A DNA stretch of 64,000 bases from Nageia nagi (Eukaryota; Plantae; Pinophyta), in the NCBI GenBank assembly GCA_050084985.1, contig JBITNC010000001.1, forward strand, positions 75,144,001 through 75,208,000, written 5' to 3'. Below, one piece after another: positions 1 through 13,727 of the stretch; the first letter of the stretch is position 1, and each line of letters opens with the position of its first letter. The notes under the pieces were generated by a model. The model was not told the DNA's origin. It did no database searches and saw only the letters and a program-made list of their open reading frames with translations. Position numbers and translations under genes: made by a program.

Positions 1-3000
1 GAAAAAAGATAAAATAACTCCCTTAAAAAAAATTACCTTTCCACTAGCATAAACTTTTTCTAATGATAAAATTGTAAAAATCGTTATTCCCTTTAAAGAC
101 CAATAGAGGAATTAGGGGCAATTAAGAAGTACAAACTTTACACCATTTGGATCATTGTAATGAAGGTTCCAATTTACCTTTTCCTCCTCTCATGGCTTCC
201 CTAACAAGTCAAGTTTCAGATTATATGTGTGGATGTGTTCATTTTAAGGGGTGCACTTTTCAATGTTTACAATTTTTTTAAAAATAAAAGCAAAGTACTT
301 AACATAAAGTAAAGGGCTTAAAAAATGATACATCATCCAAAAATAAAAGGTATCTAGATGGACTTTTAAGTATTAATTAATTTACATTATCATGTTCACT
401 ATTAAGTGAATTGCATTAACAAACCTTACAATAATGCATTATACATTCCAACACTTGGGATCCACTTATATTCCTCTCCTATAAATAATGTGTCCTAGAA
501 GCTTGACAAAAGAAACACCAAATACACATATTTGAAGCTTAATCCTAAAGTTGTACTCATTCATCCTCTCAAAAATTATTCTTAAATCATTGAGATGATC
601 TTCCTTACTCTTTAATTCCAAAAGAATTTTGTCCACATAAACTTACATTATTTTTTTAATGAGATCATGAAACATGGTTATCATGGCTCTTTGATAAATG
701 ACTCCCACGTTCTTGAGATTAAAAAACATAAATTTCCAATAAAAATTACCCCAATGAGTTATAAGTGTTGCCTTAATATCATAACTTTCCTTAATTTTAA
801 TTTGATTATAACAAAAAAATGCATCCATAAAAAATAACATTTCATAACCAACCACACTATCCATTATCATATCAATGTTAGGCAAAGGGATTATCCTTTG
901 AATATGCCTTATTGATATATTTGAAATGTGTGCAAACACTTACTTATTGTTATGATTTTTAAGTTGTAACAATGCTAGATATCTGTGGGGAATAATGTAT
1001 TATCTTAAAGAACCCTACCTTGAGATATTTATCAATCTCCTTTATAAACAAAGCCATTTTTTTATGCATCTTCCTTGGTTTATATTTTATTGGTTAAGCA
1101 TATTTCTTTACCACCAAACTATGAGGTATAAATTTATCATTTAAGTTTGGCATGTCCTTATAATACCATGTTAAAAACCTTGAGAATTCATGAAATACTC
1201 CATTCGCACTTCTCTTTATTTGGAAAACTAAATTACATCCTTAATTATCCTTTGGTTTTCTTAGTTGTCTATGTTGATCTCATCAACATATTCATTAAGC
1301 ATAATGAGTTCCCCTTGGGGTTGAGGTGGAGGTGGTACTTGTTCTAAACTTGCAATACAAACTCATCCATTTTACTCACTATGCATTGATCTTAATTTCC
1401 CCTCCCCCCCATCACTAGTTATTCTTACTCCTACTCCTACTCCAATGAAATATGTAAATGAAAGGAAAGCTAGTGGTACAGCTCTAAACATATAATATCA
1501 TCATCTTTGACAATTTCTTGAAAGTATGTGTGAAGATCAAAATTCCAACCATTGGTCCTTTTTAGATTGCTCTTTAGAAACTCTAATTTAGCACCCATAT
1601 ACTACAAATTGTATCCTCATTCTAAAACATATTAAGTGCTAATTCTAAATCTTTGATCTCACATACCTCAACAATGCATGCCATATCTAATATTTCATCT
1701 CAATGATCCTTAATATCAATTATAACAATTTGTTTTAAGATGTTGGAAAATGGAAACTCTTCCTTTGCATGATACTTGAATCTAATTGCCTTAACTTATT
1801 TTATCTTCTCTACAAGTTTTGGAAATGATTTCATTCCTTGCTTGGCCTTCCCTAAATCCTTGCCTCCATAATTGTATTTTTCTTTCATGTATTTAGATAA
1901 AAAAAAAATTGGAATTATACTTCAATGAGAAATATTGTATACCTTTTGGATCTTTTACAATACAAATAGATATTTAGGTTGATTTGGTACTACAAAACAT
2001 CACATCAAGATTGAACAAAGTCTTCTTGATTTTAAAATTAATAATTTATTCATCAAAAAGGGATCATGATCCAAAATGAATCATGTGTTTTAAGAAAAAA
2101 ATGCATTGAAGTAGTTATTTTATGATTTATAATGCTTTGATGGTATTTGTAGATTTTCCAATTGACTTTGTGTAATTATTGTGACTAGAAGTTATGGAAA
2201 TATATTAATAATATTTCAAAAGGCATAAATTTTGGTGGAGGCATATAATTTAGGTGACTCTTTTACATTTGATAGTATTCAAAGATACCTTTTCCAAAGA
2301 GTATATGCATGCCTACCTTTGTTGGAGGTTTGATCATCATACTTGATGTTTTCACTTGAACTATCCTTATGGTAAATAATTATCTTCCATTGCCAACGCT
2401 AGGAATCGTAAGGAATTGGGATATCAATTTTTTATTTGGATAGTTTGGCATCAAAATATATCAATTTGATATTCATATACCAAGTAATACTAAATAACAA
2501 TAGTGCTAATTCTAAATAACATATGGAAATTGACCTAACTACCTGACTTGTCAAAGTTAGTGCTACTATCAATGCTAGCACTTATAATAGTGCCAAAATT
2601 GAGCTTCCTACATCATATATTGATGAGTTGGTTAGGGATCAAATATATTAGTGTCATATGTATCCGTGAGAAGTATGGAGGTGCTTCGATATGAACAAGG
2701 ACATGATCTGGTCTTGGTATGGTCCATTTCCTATGGGACATTCATGTCGATCAGTGCCAATGCTAAAGGAAATAAATGCTTATGAGAGAAGTTGAAATTG
2801 TTTAAGGTATTACTGAGTCATTTGGGAAGATTATTCAATCTGTTTATCTTCTTGAATCATTAATTTTATATATATTGACTTATTATCGATGTTAAAGGGG
2901 AATGGAGAGTTATTATAGCTCTTAGAGAAATTGAAGAGAGAGAGGAAGAAGAGGTAGCCTTCACTATAGGTAGGTTATTACCATTGTTGGAGTATACCTT

Positions 3001-6000
3001 GCCCATAGATAGTGAGGTTTTGTACTCAACAAAGAGAATATTATTTCTATATTGGTTGTAATCCCTCAAAGGTAGAACATGGATTCATGGGAGCTTCTTT
3101 TCTTTTCCATTATTAAATTTTCTTAGGATGATTTCTGGAGTTGCTAAGATATTTCTAGTACCATTGGTAGAGTGTGAGGCTATAGTGGAAGGTTGATATA
3201 TTTAATAGAGCATAAAGACTCTATGGGTACCCATGCACATTGTTGTGGTTATTGCTAGTGGTGAACACTTTTGTTACTACTATTGATGGTTGAAGGCTTA
3301 ATTATGATGGTGTAAAACCTTAGAGGGAATAGATTATAGGAATGGAAGCTTGTGACCAAAGGTATTCATGCTAAAATTCTATTATATTCCTTATTTATCG
3401 AGTTTAATCATTTCCATGTTAGGAGAACATGTTGTGAGTGAGACATATTATGTACTCAATTTTGGGAATGGCTTTTTGGTAGCATATGTGAAAGGATCCC
3501 ATATATTCATTTGTTCATTGTTATGTGGATAGGATAGTGAATATTATATTGATATAGAATCGATTGATGTGATTATGGTAATCATATCAAAAACAAGAAG
3601 GTTGAGTGTGGTAGATTTAGTGTTATGTTATCTTGACAAAGTGCAGACTTGATACAATTTGGTTGATGTTATGATTGTTATATGGTTTCTCTTATGATTA
3701 GATACAAAATACATTAGTTTGTTGAGAGGTTGATGAGGGGAGTTTTGTTGATAGTTAGAGGAGATGTATAGTTATTTGAAGCATTGTATTCTCCTTGAAT
3801 CCATTATCCCTATAATGCTCTATTGATCTATGCATTAATCAAGAACAAGATCTGACATGCTAGAATAGCCCACATTGGATGAAATAGGGTAAAAATATTT
3901 GTGTTCCATTTTTTGTGTGTGCATTTCTTTTACTAGTTTTATCCAAGATTAAAAATTAGTGATATGTTCACAAGTAGGAGGACAATTCTTATTGTATAAG
4001 ATTGTTGGTTATTTTTAAGTGTTTTTCCATAATCAATTAGTTGTACAATAAGTAAATAAGAGCATGCATTTTTTTATCAATCAATGTGCTAAGCTTATCA
4101 GTGCTAACATTGTTATAAGTTTTGGTACTAGGGGTACTAATGAATATAGCTATAAGTTTGAATTCATGTTAATGGGAAAAATGCAAGTTTAAAAAATTTG
4201 TATTTGATGATCTCTATAATAGCATAGCTTATGGATATTTACAAATTAAATCATTGGTGGCATTCATCTCTAGAAAGAGGCCATTGGTAGTCCTTTTCCT
4301 ATGTATAAATGGGCCTCCCAAGATCTTTAATAGAATTGAGTTACTATGTTATCAAAACATATAATTCTCATTGTGGATTTCTCCATAAGAGGGAGCTTCT
4401 TTTGGTTAAGTTGATTAAGCAAATGGATAGAGGTAATATTCAGAGTTGATCCTCCACCAACTAATGCCTTTCTAATTATAGATTTGAATATATGAATCTC
4501 CACATATAATGCTTCATGTTGCTCTATCACATTCTTGTTAGGACCCTCATCAAGATCAAACTTGATCATTTTGCATTGGTGCTAAGAACTTACTGCTTCT
4601 ACAAATGTTGTAGTTGAGATGTTTGCATCCACCTTCACATTTCTATATATTTTATAAAGAATCTTTTTATGTGGCTCTTATGTTTGAATTAACTCAAATA
4701 AATTAATTTTAGCTTGAGTATTCTTCAATTGATATATCAAATTATATATCCTTGGATCCTTTGGAAGATCTTTTCTTTCTGCTATAATAGGATCTACAAC
4801 TTACTTTGGTGGCTTACCTTTCTTCATGGTGACAACTTTTTTATATGAAAAATGACATTAACATGCTTTTCTCCTTCATCATTAGATTCAACCTTCCTAT
4901 GAAATACATATGCACCACTATTAATCAATTCTTGGATCTTATCTCTTAACTTTCCATGAGAATTAGTTGAATTTAGGATTGTATCAATTTATTTTTTCCC
5001 CAAATTCATATTCTTCTCTCTTTGGTAATGGCTTGATGAGGTCCTTCTTAACTAGATAAACAAAAATGAAACTTTGTACAATAGGGAACATAACTCTTCT
5101 TTTTTTGGAGCCTTCACCTTCTTTACTTATATATATAGTTATATATTTACTTTTTTCAACTATATGGATCTCTTTTGTCTCCTTTTCTTGATAGGGTTTC
5201 TTAGTTTCCTTGTCTTTCTATTTTTCATATTTATACTTGGCCAATTTTAACAAACACTCTCTTTCTCAATCAACTTATGAGTCATTTATGAAAACCTTAA
5301 ATGAATGTAATATATGATATGTACTTGTAATTGGAAAATAAGAGATTCATTAAAGATATGATCAATGATCTCTTTTTCGCTAATCTTCATCCTTATTTAT
5401 TTCCATATCTTCATGAAATTTGGAACAAAATTCTCAAGCCTTTTAGTTTACCATTATCTTATTGCACACAAATAATTTATCATCACCTCTTACTTCACAT
5501 TGTGATTGTATTGGTCCATAAACAAAGGAAAATTTCCCTTTAAAGAGTAAACATAATTTTGAGCCAAAGAATAAAACCAATATATAACATCTCCTTCCAA
5601 AATTTGTAGAAAAAAATTTGTAAGAACCCCATGATCAATCCCAATTTTTAGCTCACACTGATCATAAAATCCTTGAATATGCTTCCTTGGATCTCCTTCA
5701 CTATTAAGTTTCTAAACTTTTGGATTTTTGTAGTTATCAAGGCGAAAAGCATTGCAAATCTCTTCATAAAATGGACTAGAAACCACATCATGATCATAGG
5801 CATCAATCTTTAAACCTTTGTTATCAAGATTATCCACCTTTTTAGAAGATCATTCATTGTTATTATCGATTTATTAGGCTCACTTCCTTTACCTTTCTCT
5901 CTTGTTCCATTCATTTGGTTGAAGGAAGCGTAATCACTATATAGGATGGCTTTGAGTCCAAGAATTATGCAAAAGGTTGATCCACTTATGAAACACCCAA

Positions 6001-6524
6001 ATTATAATATTAGTCCTCTCAAAAACCTTAGGGCTTTAGCATAAGAAGTAGAAAAATGCATTAGGTTCACCAAATTTGTAAATGCATAAAATTATATTTG
6101 AGATATATTTAATTAATAAATAGTGATCCGAATATCTATTATATTGATTGCATATGATGGAAATAATAACAAGATATGAGTTAATTAAAAAATTCAAATA
6201 TGAAATTAATGACATTACTACTAGGACCTAAACAAGAATGAACTATGAATACTAACCTACCGTGCTTACCTATGATGAACTAATGAACCTCAAGAACAAG
6301 CCTATAAAGTTGACATAGACACCAAATGACCTACCTCCTCAAGAAGAGGATCATTGGTAGCTTGTTTGGTCTATAGAATGGATCATCAGTAATTATTTTG
6401 TTGACATTTCGAATATTGAAGAAGATTTCAACAATTGCTAGCCCTGTAAGGTTTTTTGTTGGTAATCATAAATAACTCATGTAATAAAATATGTATTTAT
6501 AATTCCAATATTGATAGGTGGTGT

Positions 6525-7204
6525 TGTAGATGCCTAAAAATGAATTATTATTTATTAAATAATTTATTTTAGAGCCTCAATGATGTCTTATGTAAAAAGG
6601 GATTAAAATAATACCCTAATTCATCATAAAGCTATATGGTAGGAATGGACCATTGTGGTATGTACAAGGGGTCAAAAAGATCAAAGTCATGTAAATTTGT
6701 ATCATATATAAAGGGGTATGTACAAGGGGTCAAAAAGATCAAAGTCATGTAAATTTGTATCATATATAAAGGCATCAATTGATGACCTTAAACCTTACGA
6801 GAAAATGAATATGAGGAGAAGGACTCAAGAGAGATTCTAGCACATGATACATCACTCTGTTATGCATAAATATTATTCATAAGTTATATCTTATGTTTGC
6901 TATATGATGATTCTTTCATTCACTCATTGCTACATTCTTTATTGCATCTGTTATATTTCTTATCTTAAGCCATCAGTGGTGTTTCAAGTATAAGACACCA
7001 ATGATGTGTAATTGAATGAATGTATGCTTATCTTTTGTGTATGTTTCTCTTTATAAAATGAACATGTAATCTAATTAAACACAAGTATCTTTATGTTATG
7101 TGTTATTTTCATATTTCAAACATATACATAAATAAAAAATAAGTAGACCAATAGTGCATTAATTAACCCCCATAAAAAATTAATTGCATTATTTTGGGTC
7201 TACA
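6525..7204 (+). repeat. G2 5' LTR (680 bp, includes a 58-bp tandem duplication)
   Basis: TGTAGATGCC...GGGTCTACA. Aligns with 16667-17260 at roughly 10-12% divergence (by-eye count over the first about 135 bp). Confidence 0.95.
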
Positions 7205-10200
7205 TTTTGGTGAACCTGACTGTTCGATTTACCTTGTCCTACCAGCAAGATTTCATAAGTTTTGTATTATAGGTTTATGCCACTAGCATCATGCATTCCT
7301 ATTCCTAGGCTGATAAGAGCATAGAAATGGATCCAATAATCATTATCCTAATGCAAGAAATGAATAAAAATATGCTCAAGATGTAGAAAGAAATAAATAC
7401 ATTGCTAGTATAGGAAGCTCAACATCTACTCCTACTATTCAAGCTACACCTTCTAGCATCTCACAACCATAAAATTTAGATGAATATGATGGTATCTTCA
7501 CTTCACCCTTAACGAATGAGATCTGCAACTTTCCCCTACCACTTGTGCACAAGGACCCCAAGTTCAAGATGTTTAGTGGCAAACAAGATCCCAAACAACA
7601 TCTCATTAGCTTTCATAAGGAATGCCTATTGAAGCTAGGATTAGAGGAGAGATTTATGGCAAAATTCTTCCCAAGGAGTCTAAAAGGAGATGCTAGTCAA
7701 TGGTTTCTATGCTCTACCTGATAATTCGATCGATTCATTCAAGAACTTAGTCAAAGTGTTCATAGGCCAATACAAGCACAACATCAAGGAGTAAAGCAAT
7801 GTATTTGAGTTATGAGTAATTTGAGAAGGAGGCAATGAAACCCTAGAGAAGTATGTTCCACACTTCAAAAAGGTATGGCAATCTATTTTATGTAAATTAG
7901 ATGAACATGAAATTTGTGCTTTTTTTCATGAATATATTATACATGTTCTTAATTTGCATGCACCTAGTGCAAAGGATATTAGTTTTGGAGTATTAGTTCA
8001 ACAATTATTGTAGAAAGAGAAGATATTGTTAGATTTAGGAGAGCTTAAGTACATACCTAACCCCTTTGTGTGAGACACTAGAAAAACATATGCAAAGAAA
8101 GATAAAAAATCGGTACATATGGTGAATAGACCCACTTCCCCAAAGATGCAAAGATATCAAACCACAAAAGAAAATTCATATACATTTTTGGTACAACCAT
8201 GCATTATTTTGAGGGATTTAATGAAAAGAGGACTTTTACATCCCTTGAGTGCTCCTTTCAATATGATAATACTCTTATGGGATGCTCATGCTACAAATTT
8301 TTGCAAGACATTAGAAGTAGCAATATTGGAGCTTATGGAGAAAGGAAGATACATAATTGATGAAAGCCTTGCTACTCAAGGACCTACAATTAATATCATT
8401 TCAATGGAAAAGGAGGTTTGTGCTAAATTGAGGAGAGGACACCCACACAATGCTCCAAATCCAATCACAACTGAACAAGTAAGTATTCCTCATGATCCTA
8501 AAGTTTATAGTATGATCGATCAATTGAAAAATACACCTACTAAAATTAGTTTATATGATCTCATTTCTACATCTTAAGTTCATAGGGATATACTATATGC
8601 TTTGTTTAAGAATGAAATCATCCCTGCTAATATTTTAGCTACTATGTTTCTGAAAAAATTAGAACCATTAAGGAATGTGATGTTATTTCTTTTTACAAAA
8701 TTGAAAAGCTTAATCAAGAATTGTTAGATGAGTGTTCAGCTTTGCATATCACACCTATGGTTTATGGATGGGAAGTTAAATGAACAATGGTAGATAATGG
8801 ATTAACTATAAATGTTTGCTCTAGTCATTTTTTGATACAATTATAAGAGAAAGGTCTTGAGATTCCTCCTTTAGAATAAGCTACTTTCAAGATTAGGGCC
8901 TACGATAGCTCATTAAAGAAACCTTTAGGAATAGCAACAATCATGATTACCATAGGTAACAAGACTATAGCAACAAAATTCGAGGTTGTAGAGTCCAAAT
9001 TATCATATAACATGTTTTTGGGGAGACCTTGGATTCATGATATGGATGTAGTCCTTTCCACATTACATGGTAGATTGAAGTTTGAATTCCAAGGTGAGGT
9101 GCACATAGTCATAGGAGATCTTGATCCATATGCACTATGCAATGTTGTTGATCTTGAGGAATTTACCATGTTACCTCCATGATATGAGATAAAGCCCTTG
9201 GAATGCCTTACATTGGAGGCAAAAACACATGTGAAGATCATGGAGATAGGTATGGAATCTACAGAATCGATGACATAGACCTATTTGCATTCATCAAATA
9301 CTTGGGATGGCCCAAGATGTTAGAAGTTGAGGGCTACCAATGGCATGTCATTTTGCCAATAGGATGCCAGTGGTATGAAAATGATGGAAACAATGATCAA
9401 TCTTGCTCTTTTGAAGTTGATAAGTAAAAAAAAACCTCTTCAATGGACATACCTTCATCCTCTAAATTGGGTAAGATATTTTCCTCTTCTTTTATTCATA
9501 AATACATGGTTCAAACTTACAAATATAAAGGGTGGTTTAGGAAAATTTGAATAGGGAATGCCTACTTTCCTTGATAACTCTAAGACTCAAATGACCAAAA
9601 TAGGCTTTGGTAATAATGGATAAATAAAATAGAAATGGGGTCCCATTAAGTTTGTTAAAGAATGCAATCTAATAGAGTTATTGAATGATATCGATGTAGA
9701 TACATAGATTGATGATTCTATACCTTTTGAGTTTGATTATTTTAGTACTGATGATGATCTTCTTAAATATTCATGGGCACATTTGAAATTATCCAAATCT
9801 AATGAGAAATGAAAATCAACTTATATACTTAATTATTATGCTTATTTGGGTCAAGAGATCAATTTTCATGAAGTATTGTATCATCCATTATATTCAGCTA
9901 AAGATGAAGCAATAAGCATAGAAGAGTTGCTATCCTTGTTACAAAAAGATCTTACATTTCCATAAGAGGAGTTGATACACATCAATATTGGCACTTCGAA
10001 TGATGAGAGATTATTACAAATTGAAGTAGCCTTACCTCTTCCACAACAAGAAAGGTACAAAAACAAGTTTATTAAACATTCTAAGAATTTTTATTGGTAT
10101 TATGATCATATTCAAAGATTAGATCCCTCATTTATTATGCAAAATATACCATTGAAAGAGGGTGTCAAGCCAATCAAACAAAAACCTAGAAAGATGCATC

Positions 10201-11831
10201 CTTCCAAGGCCCTATTAGTCAAGAAAGAGAGAAATATTTGAATGTTGGTTTCATAAGGCCTATTGATTATTCTGATTAGATGGCTAATGTTGTTCTTATT
10301 TCCAAACCAACTGGTGAAATACAAGTATGTATGGATTTTTGTGATATTAATAATGCTTGTCCAAAAGATGATTTTTCATTACCAAATATTGATATGATTA
10401 TTTATAGTATAGCTAGTCATGATACATTATCATTTGTGGATGGATTTTCTGGCTATAACCAAATTTTGATTAACCCTATTGATCAACATAAAATAGCTTT
10501 TACTACTCCTTGGGGTAATTTTTATTGGACAGTTATGCCTTTTGAACTTAAAAATGCAGGAGCTACATATTAAAGAGCAATGGTGACCATGTTTCATGAG
10601 CACATTCACAAAACTATGGAGGTATATGTTGATGATATTTTAGTCAAATCCAAGCAAGGACAAGATCATCTACAAGTGTTTGAAGAGGTATTCACCATTT
10701 TGCAAAGGTACAAACTAAGACTTAAACCTCAAAAGTGTGCATTTGTAGTTACTTTCAATAAATTATTAGGATTCATGGTTTATAATAGAAGAATAGAAGT
10801 AGATCCTAAAAAAGTCAAAGCTATTGTTAGAATACTCCACCAAAATTTTGAAATAATTAAAGAGCCTCTAAGGTAAAATAAATTTAGTTAAAAGGTTCAT
10901 TTCACAACTTGGAGATAAATGTCAGCCATTCACTCATTTGCTCAAAAAGGATGTCAAATTTATATGGGATGACAAGTGTCAAAAAGCATTTGAGGATATT
11001 AAATAATATTTACTTAATCCTCCCATCCTAGTCCCCATGGATTTTTTAAAACCTACTTGCTTATACATCTCAACCACATTATATGCACTAGGAATAATGC
11101 TTTGTAAAAAAGATATAAAAAATAAGGAAAGAGCCATCTATTACCTTAGTAAAATATTGATTGATTATGAAACTAGATACACTCCTATGGAAAAAATTTG
11201 ATTTGGTATTGTTTTCACTAATAAAAAATTAAGGCATTATTTATTATATTGCACTAAATTTATTGTTAGTCCTATTAATCCATTGAAATATATTGTGGCT
11301 AAGCAACATTTATCAAGTAGACTTGCAAAGTGGCTAATGTTGTTACAAGAATTTGATATAAATGTGGTGAAACAAAAATTGTTAAAAGTCAAGCAATCAT
11401 TGATTTGATATCAGATTTCCCTCAAGATGGAGAGGTAGTTGTCCATGAAGAATTTCTAGATGAATATCAAGACTACTCATGTCACCAGCAACATGCAGAC
11501 GTATTGGAAGGACACCAACGATGTGAATTTGATGAGATCTCAATCCTTGATGAGTACATATGTCTCATGGAGGATGATCCAACTATTTGGACCCTGTATT
11601 TTGATGGTTCAAAATGTTCTCATAGAGTAGGAGCAGGTATTATTTTTGTATCTCCTACAAATTAGGTAATCCCCATGGCATACAAACTTGATTTTGATTG
11701 TACAAACAATATGGTTGAATATGAAGTATTGATATTAAGATTGAAATTTGTTGTAATTTCAAAAATTAAGAACATTAAGATATATGGGAATTCCCAGTTC
11801 TTGTCAATCAATTACAAGATCTTTTTGATAT

Positions 11832-13727
11832 TGTATTCTTTCATAATTGTACTTTAGGTTGGGGTAACACACTATCATTATTTTATTCTTTTTAGAAAAT
11901 TCTTTCTATTCTTGAAATCTCTTCCTTTTAAAATTAAATTTGAGTCTTCTATCAGCCCTAAGTCTGAAGAGTTCCGAGTGTTGTTAAGATTCGACTATTG
12001 TATATATAATTCAACTATTGTACATATGGGTCCTTATCTTTGATACTTTTTCCTTATAAATTTCTAGTCAAAGTCAATTACGTCTTGTAATAATTCTCAA
12101 GGATTAACCTTAAGTCATATTAACAATCAAATGGGGTGGCAATTATATATATAAAAGAATTATGTATAGGAAGAGAAAAGTCTAAGGCAATATCCAGGAG
12201 TTGTAAATATATTGTTCGAGAAAACTTGATAATACATGGTTTGGGATTTTTTGTAAATATAAGTCCAAGTTATGTCCAAGTAATCAGTGAGAGGTGCCCA
12301 AAAGTAAATAGAGCTCGCTAATTTTGAGTAATGATATTAGAACTTTTGGCTAAAATCAATGGGTCCCAAAACAAGTAATGGTGGGTGATGATTCAAGAAG
12401 ATCCGAAATAGAGCCCATTGATTTTGAGTGATGATGTTAGAACTTTTGGTTAAAATCAGCGGGTCCCTAAATAAGTAATGGTAGGTGATGATTCAAGAAG
12501 ATCCCAAATAGAGCCTACTGATTTTGAGTGATGATGTCAAAACTTTTGGCTAAAATCAATGGGTCTTAGAATAAGTAATGGTAGGTGATGATTCAAGAAG
12601 ATCCCAAATAGAGCCCATCGATTTTGAGTGATGATGTTAGAACTTTTGGCTAAAATTAGTAGGTACTAAGAAGAGCCATATCATCAACAGAACTCAAAGA
12701 AAAAAATAAGACCCGTAAGACTAAGGTAAAAGTAATGGATAAGAAGTAACACCTAGGTCCACTTGATCTTAAGTGTTTGACCCTTGGGGCCCTATTAATG
12801 TGTCAACATTGACTCAATTCCACATAATAGTGGTAGTTTCTTCTCAAAATAGGTTAATATATTATTCAAAACCCTCAATTACTCTATTCATTTAGAACTA
12901 CAATATGGATCATCAATGGTTGTAGAGAAGTAGATAACTATCGATAGAACATAATGCCATATTGTATTCATCAAACTACATATAAGTACTTCTTTAATCA
13001 GCTACAGTACCATCTTTAATCAACTACAGGACCAAAGAAAGAGTATTCAACAACATGTCAGGAGGATTATGGCTCAATGAATATGATTGTTCAGAAAATT
13101 CAAATTCCCAAATAGTCATATTATTGGTACCTATTTATTGTGTAATCTAACACAGTTGTAAAATTTATTGTAAATAGTTTTCTTATTTCAATCAAGATGA
13201 GTAATTATATATATTAATGATAGAAAACAACCCAATAGGGCATGTAAATGTATAAATGGTAAACTTTTAAAAATCAAAGAGGTCGAACATTCTAGCAAAT
13301 TTGCCCAAGTCTGTAAGATACTTTCATATATGATAATGCTTTGACATTTTGCAACAAGTGGTTATTTATTACTTTTGTAAATGTTGTGTATGAGGTGATG
13401 TCTTAAGTTGTGGCAGTGTATTATGATTACGAGACTGCAAGGGTAAGATAGCTTGCTATTCTTAATCTTGGTTATGGATTGCAGCCTGTGTTGTAATCCT
13501 CGAGATGTGAAATTCTTACTTTAGTTTAATTTCAATTTGTTAATCTCTTTCCTATTACTTTTAACCTTTATAATAGATAAGAGTCGACCTATAACCTAGA
13601 GATTGAGCAAAAAATCAACATGAGTGCATTCCCAACACCTTCTACTCTTTTAAGGAACCTACTATTGTAGGTAACGGAGAACTCAACCAGACCAAAACCC
13701 TATGAGGTTACATTATATTAATCAATA
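11832..13727. mobile_element. Probable solo LTR (about 1.9 kb) inserted in the aRH domain of G2
   Basis: Removing it restores VNQLQDLFD-TKDKKLKPY. TSD GATAT (11827-11831) / GATAC (13728-13732). Begins TG and ends TA (decayed CA). Confidence 0.75.
12306..12670. repeat. Tandem repeat, 100-bp unit, about 3.6 copies
   Basis: AAATAGAGC recurs at 12306, 12406, 12506 and 12606; the whole unit is conserved. Confidence 0.95.

Noticed and set aside
12306-12670. Regularly spaced repeats resembling a CRISPR array
   Set aside because: Whole units are conserved with no unique spacers, and the context is a eukaryotic LTR.
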